48,311 bases of DNA, filler included, from Globobulimina sp. (GCA_003354225.1; 44 parts of 44 records of this genome joined end to end with filler, not necessarily neighbours in it); one strand, 5' to 3'; positions 10,911-23,361 are shown, counted from the whole stretch's first letter. Translations and numbers: made by a program. The notes: generated by a model from the letters alone, not told the origin.

Positions 10911-11630
10911 NNNNNNNNNNNNNNNNNNNNNNNNNNNNNNNNNNNNNNNNNNNNTTAATTAATTAANNNNNNNNNNNNNNNNNNNNNNNNNNNNNNNNNN
11001 NNNNNNNNNNCTTCATTTGTTTTTTCTAAAGCATGACCTTTTATGAATAATCGACAAGAATAAATTGTTGTGGCCATAGCGGCTCATCAAATGTATAGGA
11101 ATGAAAATGAAAATTCATAGATGTTTCAATATTGTGGTCATAGCGTCTGCATCTTATCCGATACATCACTGTAGTTTATTGCAATAGATGCCCAACTAAC
11201 ACAGTTGCAACCATGCTACCATTGATTTTTTAACACTGTTCCCACCAAGCGTAATTGGTAGGGAATGCAAATTTAGGTTTAATATCGATAGAACATCATA
11301 TTTCAATTTTACTGGAAACATATGATAAAAGAAAGGGATCAATGGTAGAAATTTCCACGAGTGATGCAACTGTGCTAAATGTCTCGAAAAACTTTTGCTT
11401 TTAAAGTCTACTTATGTCTAAGAGGATTGCTTGTCAGCAGCGTGGATTAATAAAAAGTCCTCACTCTATTGTCTCTACTGTCTCCTCATATGGTTTATAA
11501 TTCATTTGAAAAATAAACCTCCACATAGAAAATCGATAATGGATAAAGGTCGTCTAGCTCAAGCAGAGCACTCAGAAGATTCATGTTCAAATCCTGAGGC
11601 GATAGCGATATCGATTGGATGGGATGCAAT

Positions 11631-11930
11631 GCCATCACGTATTAAGGCGGCGAGAATGAGAAATGCAAAGCCGTCATATACTTTCCCTGTAGATTGGTTT
11701 GAGATTTTGTATAATGGTTTGGATTTTTTTTATTTTAAACGCGTATAATTTGGCGTTTGTATGGGTTTGTATGAGTATGCATAAGGGTGGATTTTATTTG
11801 AGACGGTTACTGTTAAGAGTACTTTTAAAAATCTGAAAATCTCAAAACTGAACCCTCTGAACCAATCTACAGAGAAAGTATTAAGGCGGCGAGAATGAGA
11901 AAGGAAGCCGTCATATATTAAGGCGGCGAG
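11631..11930. repeat. Array of three GCCRTC-N9-GGCGGC hairpin units (37-39 bp period), middle unit interrupted by a MITE
   Basis: gccatcacgtattaaggcggc at 11631, gccgtcatata...tattaaggcggc at 11670/11879, gccgtcatatattaaggcggc at 11907. Confidence 0.85.
11681..11878. mobile_element. 198-bp MITE with 19-bp TIRs and TA target-site duplication (Tc1/mariner-type)
   Basis: Left ctttccctgtagattggtt, right aaccaatctacagagaaag (1 mismatch); TA at 11679-80 and 11879-80; removal regenerates the intact repeat unit seen at 11907. Confidence 0.85.
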
Positions 11931-12460
11931 ATGAATTATTTGGTTCTTATGATGATGGCTTAAGGCATCGCCATCATCACCACAACAACAAACAACCCAA
12001 AATTTGAAAAANNNNNNNNNNNNNNNNNNNNNNNNNNNNNNNNNNNNNNNNNNNNTTAATTAATTAANNNNNNNNNNNNNNNNNNNNNNNNNNNNNNNNN
12101 NNNNNNNNNNNCGTGAGACATGCTTTATTCTACTAGTAGCAGCTTGTTCTTTTTTTGTGGGTTTAACTAATTAAATTAGAACTCCAGAAAGCTCATAGTA
12201 TTATTCTTGCTCATAGCAATAGTTATAAAAATTCAACTGTTTACCAATGGAGAAAAAAGTAAACAAAAACAAAAACTGTGTTTTTAGAAACACGTTGCCA
12301 GACTAGAATCGAGAGGAAATTAACACATTACAATATCAGCATAAAAATAATGTACAGTAACACGCAAAGCCACAATGTCTATAACATACACAAAATTAAT
12401 ATATTTAAATATATAGATAATATAATAAGGCTGTACAATAATTACACTGCTGACGTACTG

Positions 12461-13092
12461 CTATTTATAACAATAATATTCGAGCATAACCAATTGCTGC
12501 TGTTGATATTTAATCTTTCTTCTCTGCAAAGCTGTTAGTTTTTCGACCTGTTTTTCATATCTTTGGTAATAACTTCTAAACCATTGATGTTTCAGTATTT
12601 GTGGCGAGTTTAATCTTTTCCGTTCTTTCGGATTAATCAATCCAGATATTAACGACAACAATTTACCATTTATAAATTTTTGTAACTTATTGCAGTAAAT
12701 ATATTCCGTAATCAATCCATTCCTCGCTGCCCAATATCCGGTGCCTGATCTCGGTTTACCTGGACGTACTTTGTCATATAATGGCTTACCAACAGCACAA
12801 TGATATAGCATGATTCCAAGAGCCCAGACATCTGCTTTCCGCGCGTCATATACTCGATTATCCACTATATGCGGTGATTGATACTGAACCCCACTGAACA
12901 ATTATGCACTTTTCATGCACGTAAAATCAGGCAATGCATTTTTTTTGCCTGGACATTTAAATAACTCTGCAAGGCCAAAACCATTTAATTTTGAACATAT
13001 TTTCGGATTTATTGATACTGTGCCATCTGCATAATGTTTAAAATCACCATTTTGCAGTACAATATGCTTTAAGCATAGGTTTAAATGACAGC
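12461..13092 (-). pseudogene. Ser/Thr protein kinase-like gene with degenerate catalytic motifs and an in-frame TAA
   Basis: CHLNLCLKHI (HxD to HxN), KLNGFGLAE (DFG to GFG), TAA at 12904-12902, then YQSP..YDARKADVWALG...ILKHQWF. Confidence 0.7.
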
Positions 13093-13228
13093 CTATGTAT
13101 ATATGTACAATNNNNNNNNNNNNNNNNNNNNNNNNNNNNNNNNNNNNNNNNNNNNTTAATTAATTAANNNNNNNNNNNNNNNNNNNNNNNNNNNNNNNNN
13201 NNNNNNNNNNNTTTAATTCCTTCTCAGT

Positions 13229-13950
13229 ATGGCAGCACCCATGAAACATTGTCATAAATTCAATTTCTGTGTTGCTATTGATTTTGGAACTGATGGTATT
13301 GGTATGTCAGATTGCCATTCCTGTCATGCATGTAATCAGGTTTAGCATATGCACTAAAAGATGCAATCTATATCCATCAGAAATGGAACTCGACCCGTTA
13401 TGGATCCACTGTGAAACCCAAAGCAATTATCTTATTGGATGAGATGGGCAAAACCAAATCTTTCGGACTCGAAGCTAAAATGACGTATGTAATTAAAACT
13501 AAATATTTAGTAATGTTTTTCCTTTTTGGTATATATACAGATATATGATCGCTGCATCAAAACGCGATAAGTGGATGTTATTCGAAAGATTCAAGATGTC
13601 ACTCTATGGTATGATCTGGAAATTGTTTTTATTGATACAAATATATATAAATTATACCCAAATAACATATAGCACATAAGATTGGTGAAAACATTGAAGA
13701 AAAGAATATTGACATTGCTGATGTATTGACACAACATTGCTGCAATGAATACCTATGTACCAATGTTGAAAATCCGAAAATGGCCACAAAAAATATGGAA
13801 CTTGGTTCTATCGTTCTGAGTTTTGATGAAAATGATAATGGATTGGCGTTACAAGTTGAATTTCATTTTTATGAAACAATTTTTAAAGTATATGCCTATC
13901 CCATTAACAATCCAGGCAATAAAAAGGAAGTAATTTTGAAATATATATAA
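13229..13950 (+). CDS. HSP70-like (HSPA12-type) gene, four exons, apparently lacking its central region
   Basis: FCVAIDFGTDG phosphate-1 motif, KSFGLEAK, WMLFERFKMSLY; introns 13302-13339, 13485-13540 and 13609-13672 give a 187-aa frame. Confidence 0.72.
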
Positions 13951-14311
13951 CAATTAAATAATAATTGTGTTTTTAGAGAAATTAAACAGAAAAACGGAAT
14001 TCATCTTCTTTCTTTTATATAATTAAGGAATTAGCTCCGTTAATTTTTCTTGCTTGATACAACACCGCAAGATGTTTTTTGATGTAATTTTAGGACAAAC
14101 CATGGTGCTTATCCCAGCGATTGCACTCATTGTCTTATCTCCATTGATATTGCCAATGGTGATCGCGTGTATTTTATTGTCAAGACACATTTTTGCAAAC
14201 ATTGTCTATTANNNNNNNNNNNNNNNNNNNNNNNNNNNNNNNNNNNNNNNNNNNNTTAATTAATTAANNNNNNNNNNNNNNNNNNNNNNNNNNNNNNNNN
14301 NNNNNNNNNNN

Positions 14312-15309
14312 ACAGCGTCGTATGGATTTTCATCAAAATCTTTCTCTTTGATTTGAAGAAAGATTTGCGTTCTGTTTGAATGCATTATTATATTATATCC
14401 AATTAAGCAGTATCTGAAATCATCACTGATTACAATATTGATCACATTCAAAGCAATGGCGTCATAAAAGCGGGACGAACACGGCTCATCGCCTCGAAAC
14501 ATTAAATTAAACTTAGACTCTGCTAATAATTTAATGTATAACTGTTTATTTGTAGTGGTTGAACATGGAAATGTTAAATTATTAGAATTAGAATTTATAG
14601 TATCATATACATTGCACCTCGGCATCGTACCATTATTACGATTATACGTGGCGTACTTTTCAGTAATGATTAAAACATTATTCTCAATCAATGGATATTT
14701 ATTCAAATATTTTAGTGCAAATACGCGTGATTTGTATGCTTTTCTGTCGTCTGCTTGTCCCATAAAGAACAATTTATGCTTTCTACGTCTCCAACTATTT
14801 ATATTTATATTCGAGACATAAATCTCGTTTAAGTTTAAATGTTTGTATTGCACCATGGCCAGCTGCAGCTGCAGGGATATCGATATATTCATTATATTCA
14901 TTATATGCTCAATAATTGTGGCCATGGCTGGATCAGATATTATGGAGGTATATCCGGATGAAACAGTACATATTTCATCTTCTTCTCGTTCCCAACCCTT
15001 TGCGGGTTGAATGGAATTTGTATTTGCAAGAATGAAATGTTTGTATACAATGCCAATCTTTAAATTATTGCCAAATGCCGATCTGAGACTGAAATGAGTC
15101 TGGTCATTGAATAAAAATTGTTCGCCTTTGGAGGCGCCGGCCATCATAAAATGTGAGGAATGTGACCGTGGCCCGATTTTATTCCAGCAACTCTTCCGAT
15201 TATCAAATATCGCATCATTTAAATCTTTAAAAATATTCGCAATCAATATATTATATATTGTTTTGTTATAATTACCTTTTTGCGTTTGTAATCCACACCG
15301 ATGTCGGCG
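14312..15309 (-). CDS. Exostosin-family (GT47) glycosyltransferase, partial
   Basis: RRRKHKLFFMG and LAESKFNLMFRGDEPCSSRFYDAIALNVINIVISD match the GT47 C-terminal motif. Confidence 0.8.
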
Positions 15310-15877
15310 CANNNNNNNNNNNNNNNNNNNNNNNNNNNNNNNNNNNNNNNNNNNNTTAATTAATTAANNNNNNNNNNNNNNNNNNNNNNNNNNNNNNNNN
15401 NNNNNNNNNNNTAGCGATATTATTAATTTTAGATAATAAGAAAACAGAAATCAGTCAATTTAATTCAGTATTTTCCAATAATGAGAATAGAGTTAAAATT
15501 GTAGATTGCTGCAAGATGATTTGTACCCAATTTATGCAGTATTATGGGGATGATCAGTCCATTGAAACTATGCAAGGGATCGGGAATAGAAATGATATTA
15601 TTTGTCATATAAAATATTGTAAACGAATTATAAAATTTGGTGCCAAAGGCTTTAAAACTGGCCAAATTAAACGATCACTTCAAAATATGTTTGATTGATT
15701 TTGCGTTTCTTTTCTTTTCTTTGTGTTTTCAGCTGTTTATAATTAAGCTTTCAATATTTATTCATTTTTTTTATTCTTTTTTTTGAAATTTGAATGTACG
15801 CAAGTCAACATTGTTAATATTAAATTAATCTCAGAAACAAAACATAAATCTATACACAAGACGAATAGTACATTTTT

Positions 15878-16411
15878 TTAAAAATCCATATTGAATGTGA
15901 GTGCAGACGAAATTAGCGATGCATTATCAATCGTATCACCACTCAATAATGCCTCACTACTATCACTTCTCAGCAATATTGGAATTCTTAATAAACCTTT
16001 TAAACCTTTTTTTGTTTTTGTTTTTGTTTTATCGATATCATTTGTAATTAATTTTGTTTTATTTACTTGCGCTTCTCTGACTTTTATAATATTTAACATT
16101 TTATAATGAATATCACAATAAATCAATATTATACAAATTGCAATGCAGCCGGCACCGATTAACGTAATGTATCCAAGACTTTGTTTGAAAACAAATATTT
16201 GCCAAATATATCCAAATATTATCAATAAAATCTCTGTACAAAATATCGCATCTTTGGGTGTTATAAATTGCAACGAGATTGAATATAGAAACTGCGCACA
16301 AAATGATACAAAACCAATTAAAATTAATAACAAGACATGATATTCATGCTTTGTTGGGTCAATATTGCCATATAATGTATAAACATTTGAATAACTTAAT
16401 ATTATTCCCAA
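15878..16411 (-). CDS. EamA/DMT-family membrane transporter C-terminal part
   Basis: LIGFVSFCAQFLYSISLQF...EILLIIFGYIWQIFVFKQSLGYITLIGAGCI fits the second EamA repeat. Confidence 0.7.
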   Translation of the reverse strand: MGIILSYSNVYTLYGNIDPTKHEYHVLLLILIGFVSFCAQFLYSISLQFITPKDAIFCTEILLIIFGYIWQIFVFKQSLGYITLIGAGCIAICIILIYCDIHYKMLNIIKVREAQVNKTKLITNDIDKTKTKTKKGLKGLLRIPILLRSDSSEALLSGDTIDNASLISSALTFNMDF

Positions 16412-16548
16412 NNNNNNNNNNNNNNNNNNNNNNNNNNNNNNNNNNNNNNNNNNNNTTAATTAATTAANNNNNNNNNNNNNNNNNNNNNNNNNNNNNNNNN
16501 NNNNNNNNNNNACACTCCATCCATATATGGTACCCTTTCACGCCAAGT

Positions 16549-16598
16549 GGTACCATATATGGTAGAGGTACCATACATGGTAGAGGTACCATACATGG
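16549..16598. repeat. 18-bp tandem repeat ggtaccatayatggtaga (about 3 copies), internally palindromic
   Basis: Read directly; a related unit ccatatatggtacc occurs at 16521. Confidence 0.8.
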
Positions 16599-16671
16599 AC
16601 CTGGTAGCGACTTTACAAACCCGTTAATATTTCAGCACCATTTTCGGAAATTCGCTCCCTACGTTTGTTGA

Positions 16672-16702
16672 CCAATCAGAGGGCAGCCGCTCATCCAATC
16701 AG
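16672..16702 (+). promoter_or_regulatory. Two CCAATCAG boxes upstream of the ORF at 16847
   Basis: CCAAT at 16672 and 16695 in a GC-rich patch about 150 bp upstream of the ATG. Confidence 0.4.
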
Positions 16703-16846
16703 CGCGCTGCGCTCGGCGTGAGTTTGTTGGCAACTTTTTGGCTCGACAACAAAAAAATAAAATAAATAAATAAAATTCCGTATCGCATCAAGCTCAATAG
16801 CTATTATTATTGTCTGGACAATTTATTTTATATTTGTTTATAATTA

Positions 16847-17288
16847 ATGGATGACGCACAATCTAGCAGTGAATTGACTGAATCTAATTCATTTCTGGAA
16901 TCAATTTTACCCAAATCTTTTCCATATAAAATCGAGGATATTAGTAAATTTGAAGAATTAGCTGATGAAAATGAAATGCAATCAACATCCTTTTCGGCAA
17001 CTGTTCGTCTCAAACTTCAGACAGCTGAAGAAATCGAAAATTGGAAAGAAGATTTTGAACGATTGTCACATAGTAATTGGATAGTCTATCGAACATTCCC
17101 TGAAATTCAGCGGTTTCAGTTCAGGAAACAGTATATATGTCGACGATCACGCAGAAACAAGTTGGATATCAATACAGATAACAGACACGAATTGATTAAA
17201 TTGAATGTCAATTGTTCGGCAAAGTTAACTTTCAAAATAAAAAAAGATACTGTTGATACACGAAAGAAAGATAAGTTGGTTCGTCAAG
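16847..17288 (+). CDS. First exon of a probable MULE-type transposase-related protein (WRKY/FAR1-like N-terminal domain)
   Basis: EIENWKEDFERLSHSNWIV...RKQYICRR...NVNCSAKLTFKI pattern; donor caag|gtaggt at 17288/9; family assignment from memory. Confidence 0.5.
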
Positions 17289-17347
17289 GTAGGTCATATA
17301 AACCATTTTTTGTGGCATTATCTGTTGTGTATTTATGTATGTATGTA

Positions 17348-17511
17348 GCATGTACGTACTGTACACATTATACCATACTTACGCATGTATGTACTGTACA
17401 TACTATACTGTACTTACGCATGTACGTACTGTACATACTATAGTCTACTTATGCATGTACATACTGTACATGCTATACTGGACTTATGCATGTACGTACC
17501 GTACATACCAT
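17348..17511. repeat. 35-bp minisatellite (about 4.7 copies), gcatgtacgtactgtacatactatactgtacttac
   Basis: Units start at 17348, 17383, 17418, 17453 and 17488. Confidence 0.9.
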
Positions 17512-18284
17512 NNNNNNNNNNNNNNNNNNNNNNNNNNNNNNNNNNNNNNNNNNNNTTAATTAATTAANNNNNNNNNNNNNNNNNNNNNNNNNNNNNNNNN
17601 NNNNNNNNNNNTTTGTCGGAATACTGTAGCCTTATATGATTACACTGCCCCTGTGTAATAAGGTTACAGTACAGTAGTCATCTGTGGGTGAATTTATGAA
17701 AAAGGCTTAGTGCCCTACTTGGCATATTATTCAGAGGAGTTTTACCTGTAGTGTGCCAGTAAAAGTTTAAACCATTTCAAATGTTTGGGAAACATTCAGT
17801 CACTTGTTGAAATTGGGCATTGAGAGTGACCAGAAACTTGGCCAGAATTGGCTTTCTTTCCACTGTGCCATGATGATTGATGACATGAAATTGTGAACAC
17901 TTGGTAATGTAATCGGTGAAATGAGTCTGAAAAGTAATAAGTTTCGCGGTGAAACCAGGTGGAGCATTGTTTAGAGATTATCTCCAAACGATGCAATAAA
18001 TTGTGTGCATTATTGCACCATTGGAGTTTGTAATATCGATTCAGCTCTCACTAACCAATGTATGTACCTACTAACAAACCAAAAATGAACTAAAACAGTA
18101 CCTGTAGCAGCAGCATAATCTTGTTGTGTATAATGTGAAGTGAATGACCCAATTATAACTTGTAATGGCTTGCAAAGAACATTTGTCTCACTAAATATGT
18201 ATGTAATAGTTCAGCCTGAAATTGAAATGATCAATAATGTTGCATTTAAAGTACATCTATTCATGAGGATAATACTTTACTTAG

Positions 18285-18611
18285 GTTAGGAAGGGTGGGA
18301 AAGGAAAATTTGGGATCCGACCGAAAACCGGGCCGAAAAACGGTGAAAACCAAAAATGACCAAATATGGGCATTTTCAAGAGCACCTTTTCTAAGTCAGC
18401 CAATTTTGACGTTAGACCCATCGATATACAACTGAAATGAAAGGTCTCGAAAAGTTAGGAAGGTTGGAAATGAAAAATTTCACATCCGACCGAAATCCTG
18501 GCCGAAAAACGCCGAAAACTGATTTTCGCCACAATTTCTAACTCAACCGATTTTGACGCTAGACCCCTCGATATACCACTCAAATGCAAGCTCTCGAAAA
18601 GTTAGGAAGGT
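18285..18611. repeat. Diverged 147-169-bp tandem repeat
   Basis: gttaggaagg at 18285, 18454 and 18601; shared atccgaccgaaa, ggccgaaaaac, ttttgacg.tagaccc.tcgatatac. Confidence 0.85.
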
Positions 18612-19240
18612 NNNNNNNNNNNNNNNNNNNNNNNNNNNNNNNNNNNNNNNNNNNNTTAATTAATTAANNNNNNNNNNNNNNNNNNNNNNNNNNNNNNNNN
18701 NNNNNNNNNNNATCATAACAATTATCATCAATGATACCATAATCATACGACTGTATCCATGTGGATTCACACGATAATATTTAGTACCAATGCCAACATA
18801 CGCCACCATTGTATTGTACAATGATTTTGTTACATTTTTATGTTCGTTCAATGATTTCTCAAATCGATTCATGATCGATTTTTCTGTTTATATATATAAT
18901 TCAAATTTCAATATTAATAATAACATTATTTGCACGCGTAAAATTGTCACATACCGAAGAGCAGAATGTTCTTTGTATTGACACTTTGTCCAAAACTCCA
19001 TGATATTCCCTGTTGATCAGTGTAAATTGCATCGTTTGGATTTGTTTTATATTCATAATCATAATTAATATCATGTTCGATTGAATAAATTGGATCATTT
19101 TGTATTATCAATGGTTCATGTTCTTTATTCATTAATTGCTCCCAATCAATTTTTATTTCGTTGCTGATATTTTGTATTTTTCCCACAATTTCAGGTAATA
19201 ACGTTAATAGACTCGATCTAGTATAATCAACAATATTTTG

Positions 19241-19335
19241 AGATTGAATCTAATTGTATTCAGATCGAATCTAATTGTATTCAGATCGAAGTATAATTAT
19301 TAAGATCAAAGTATAATTTTACTCAGATTGAATCT
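19241..19335. repeat. 21-bp tandem repeat gaatctaattgtattcagatc, degenerating
   Basis: Two exact copies from 19246 plus degenerate copies. Confidence 0.75.
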
Positions 19336-19352
19336 AAACAAATATTGTTGAA

Positions 19353-19711
19353 TTATACTAGATGGAGTCTTAACGGTTTGTGAAATTTTTCTTGAAATTT
19401 TTTTATTCTCCGTATAATTTTAACAACTCCTTGATATTGATTATCATAATTTATTTTCTTTCTATATGTGAATAAATAATGAGTCATAAAATGAATCATT
19501 ATCGCTTTGTATCCTTCATCACCAACAAAAACATGGAATATTGATTTTAATGCAATCCAAAACGGCGACCTCCTCCATGGTACGTCGGCATCTTTCCACA
19601 ATACAGAATCTCTGACCTTTTTGCGAATACTTTTATGAGTGTCATTTGATTGGCCATCCAATACATTAACTAAATATTCACGAACAAATATCGGATTGCA
19701 AACATCGCGGG
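19353..19711 (-). CDS. DUF6606-like domain fragment (large DUF3638-associated protein); further exons likely toward 18712
   Basis: RDVCNP...IRKKVRDSVLWKDADVPWRRSPFWIALK matches the KKVRDxVLW...PWRRSPxW signature. Confidence 0.7.
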
Positions 19712-20109
19712 NNNNNNNNNNNNNNNNNNNNNNNNNNNNNNNNNNNNNNNNNNNNTTAATTAATTAANNNNNNNNNNNNNNNNNNNNNNNNNNNNNNNNN
19801 NNNNNNNNNNNGTAAAGATTTATGTCCAATCATAAAGAAAAATAAATTTCAAAGAAAGATTGAGAATTAATATTGACCAATTTTTTTGTGTTGCGTTTTG
19901 TACATATATTAGTCTGCAATAATATTATTAACTAGTTCAAAATAGAGGAAAAACCAAAATAAAAGCATGAATCCGTTCGTTGATATTTTTCATCTTTGTA
20001 TTTGTTTTTTAGGCTAGCTAGTAGAACATATGGCAACTTTTTTAACAGTTTGGTTTGTTCATTCGGAGTATTATCTCACCAATATATAATTAATTGCATG
20101 CCTAAATAG

Positions 20110-20811
20110 AATGACATTAATATTATAAGTGATATTGCAGCTTCACAGAGATTTGACCAATATCGTTTGTTAAAGTATTTACAAAACAATGTCGATATAT
20201 TTTCCAATCTCGAGTCAATAAAAGTATCTAAATTTGGATATGGTCAAAGTAATCCAACATATTTATTAGAATGCAATGCATCACACTTTGTATTGAAAAA
20301 GAAACCTTCCGGATCGCTATCAAAATCAGCTCATTTAATTGAGCGTGAATATAACGTAATGTCAGCACTTCAAAATACAAAGGTTCCAGTTCCAAAAACG
20401 TATCATTTATGTACAGATCAGTCAATCATTGGAACAGCATTCTATATTTGTGAATTTATCAGAGGCCGTATATTTACTTGTGCTCATTTACCGACTTTAA
20501 CTACAACACAAAGAAAAACTGCGTACTGCGAAATGCAACGAGTATTATCAGCGATTCATTCGATTGATTTATACCAAGTTGGTCTAGAAAATTACAGTAA
20601 ATCTAAAACAGAACACATTGAGAGATTGATCAAGATTGCAAATGCGCAATTTCTTAACTCGCAAAGTGCAGAAACAAAGAAAATTGTTGAATTGAATATG
20701 TTGCATCAAAAAATAAGCGAATATAGTCATAAAAGGAGGGATACAAAGCATAATATAATAAGTTTAGTTCATGGCGATTTTAAATTTGATAATATTATAT
20801 TTGATGAAAAG
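20110..20811 (+). CDS. ACAD10/ACAD11-like aminoglycoside-phosphotransferase domain, partial
   Basis: KFGYGQSNPTYLL, LKKKPSG.LSKSAHLIEREY, IIGTAFYICEFIRGRIF, LVHGDFKFDNIIF. Confidence 0.88.
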
Positions 20812-20941
20812 NNNNNNNNNNNNNNNNNNNNNNNNNNNNNNNNNNNNNNNNNNNNTTAATTAATTAANNNNNNNNNNNNNNNNNNNNNNNNNNNNNNNNN
20901 NNNNNNNNNNNTTCATCAAAAGAGTTTGTATTTTAGTACTG

Positions 20942-21911
20942 TTAATGATCAAACTTCATTGTCCCGACGCAATATAACAAAACAGCTCGTAAACCAAAAT
21001 CATAATGATCCCATTTTGAAATCTGTTCAAATAAAAAGCCTTCACCATTTTGATCATGAAATACGGCATCGAATCCATAAAAACAGCCTGCAATTTGCCC
21101 AGCAATGGAGCCTGAAGAATCAGCATCACCTAATAAATTAACAGCGTTTTCAATTGCATCACCAAATGATTTACTGTTATAAACAGAATGCAATCCCATC
21201 GCAATTCCATCCATACAAAAACTCCCAAAATATCCCTCAGAATTTGGATATCCGTTATATCGACTTCCTCTGTTTATCATTGTTAAATATATTCCTAATT
21301 TACCTTTTTTACTCCTCCAATTCCAACATCTTTCTCTTGAATCATCTGTTTCTGCGCCATTTAATAATTTAATAATACATTCCTTTGCAAACAATCTTTT
21401 TTGTTAGTTTCAACAAATCCTTGTATTCCTTTGATGACATCCCAATTAAAATGTGACTCAATCAATATTTAAAATGCAAATATATATATATATCAACATT
21501 TAGTCGATAAATTGCCACATTTTAGTTTGGATGTCATTCTAGCTCACTTTGTTAATTCTATTTGAATATTGCTTTGCTACTCGATCCAAAAACATTTGTA
21601 CATTTTCATCGAAATCACGATTAATACCAGAAATTATAATAAAAGTCATCAATGAACACGCTTCCGCCGCTATATGGCCTTGATGCGTTGTAAAACTTGA
21701 ACATTTCGCATATTTTAAAGCAATTTCGATACCCGAACAACTATAAAATATCGGAATTGGTGCTAACCTCATCAATGAACCATTGCCTGAGTCATTTTTA
21801 TTTGCCTTGGATTTGAATGAAGGAGATGGTGTCTTATATTATTCCATGCAATATATCGATTTTGATATATTATTTAATAAACCAACAGAATTTCTGCTGT
21901 GTCTGTTTAAA
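20942..21911 (-). CDS. ADP-ribosylglycohydrolase (ARH/DraG family), intron-containing, partial
   Basis: NDSGNGSLMRLAPIP, SFTTHQG, AVNLLGDADSSGSIAGQIAGCFYG spread over two ORFs. Confidence 0.88.
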
Positions 21912-22869
21912 NNNNNNNNNNNNNNNNNNNNNNNNNNNNNNNNNNNNNNNNNNNNTTAATTAATTAANNNNNNNNNNNNNNNNNNNNNNNNNNNNNNNNN
22001 NNNNNNNNNNNAATATTTTGGGCCACACTCATTTCCTTCCCTCGGAATTCAGTTCTTTGGATTAACAGAAATAAAAGGGTTTTTGTTTATCGATCATCTT
22101 ACCTTTCAACGAAAATACTAAAGAACTTATAACACAAAGTACTGTGACAAAGTTCATTTATTTAAACTCTTTTTACCATAAAAATACTATACTCTATCTA
22201 CATTAGTGACTAGATAGCCCAGTATCTGGTTGGAATTCTTTTTCAACAAAGGACGGTATGCACAGTGTAAAGTAGGCTAATAACTTTTGCTGTGCCAGAT
22301 AGACTCCATTCCAACTAGTGGCCTACTGGCTTACTGACTGTTTGTGGGCGCACCATTTATTCAGTTCATTCAAACAAGAGGGACAGAGACCACTGTACAA
22401 GTGATATGGTTACCTTCATGGTATATGCATCCATTTTTGCTTGGTCTATTGTGCTCACATGTTATGCCTTCAAGCAGTATAAGCACCAGATTTTGACAGG
22501 GACAGGAGCTTGATATGGAATATCCCTGGTCCATAGGGAACAAAATACTTCTGTTTTTTGTTGTCCGACATTGGAATCGTGGATTCATGGATTCTATGAA
22601 ATCATTCGGAATCGACCCGACTGCCGAACTCTGTGGTTTTTTGAAACAACTTTCTAGAAATGTTATAATATTTTACTCTAAGTATGTCGAATGTGCACAA
22701 TCCCCAAAATCGTGAGCGATTCGGCCATGAAGTTAACTGCCAAATCTGCCAACTCTGCCAAATAGATCCGATTGCTGCAATTCATCTTTTAAATTTTAGT
22801 TCAAGTTTAAAACTATCACTACACTAACTTAATATTTGGGTTGGTCGGGTAAACTATTTGCCATTTGGA

Positions 22870-23011
22870 TCATTAGGCGGACTGTCATCGTTTGAATCCC
22901 TGCCAAGATATTCAGAGTCATTACATAGGCGGACTGTCATCATTTGAATCCCTGCCAAGATATTCAGAGTCATTAGGTGGACTGTCATCATTTGAATCCC
23001 TGCCAAGATAT
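22870..23011. repeat. 48-52-bp tandem repeat (3 copies to contig end)
   Basis: ggyggactgtcatcrtttgaatccctgccaagatatt at 22876, 22928 and 22976. Confidence 0.9.
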
Positions 23012-23111
23012 NNNNNNNNNNNNNNNNNNNNNNNNNNNNNNNNNNNNNNNNNNNNTTAATTAATTAANNNNNNNNNNNNNNNNNNNNNNNNNNNNNNNNN
23101 NNNNNNNNNNN

Positions 23112-23294
23112 AAATCTGATCTTATTTTTCTTTATATACTCTTCATATTCAGTACTCTTATCTTTAGGGAATAATATTATTGTCTCAATGTCTTTTCTCT
23201 GTAATTCGTTATTGACCCAAACGACTCTTCTTTGGGCACCGCCAAAATCACTGCGATGCAGGCAATTAAGAATTTTTAATGATTTATTTGTCAC
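23112..23294 (-). CDS. Bacterial GT4 glycosyltransferase N-terminus
   Basis: LKILNCLHRSDFGGAQRRVVWVNNELQRKDIETIILFP. Confidence 0.75.
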
Positions 23295-23361
23295 TGTGAA
23301 GCCTTATGAAAGTCCAACACAAAAATTACCGACAACAACTGAGAAAAGCATCGGGCGAATA

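Noticed and set aside
11631-11930. Hairpin array as a CRISPR array
   Set aside because: Linkers are only 16-18 nt and similar to each other; no cas genes are visible
12902-12904. In-frame TAA as evidence of a ciliate-type genetic code
   Set aside because: Other long AT-rich eukaryotic ORFs have no internal TAA/TAG, and TAA ends genes at expected positions (e.g. ArfGAP)
17335-17567. C/Y/T-rich ORFs in the ORF track
   Set aside because: Translations of the 35-bp minisatellite
22870-23011. 48-52-bp repeat as CRISPR
   Set aside because: Units are directly tandem with no unique spacers
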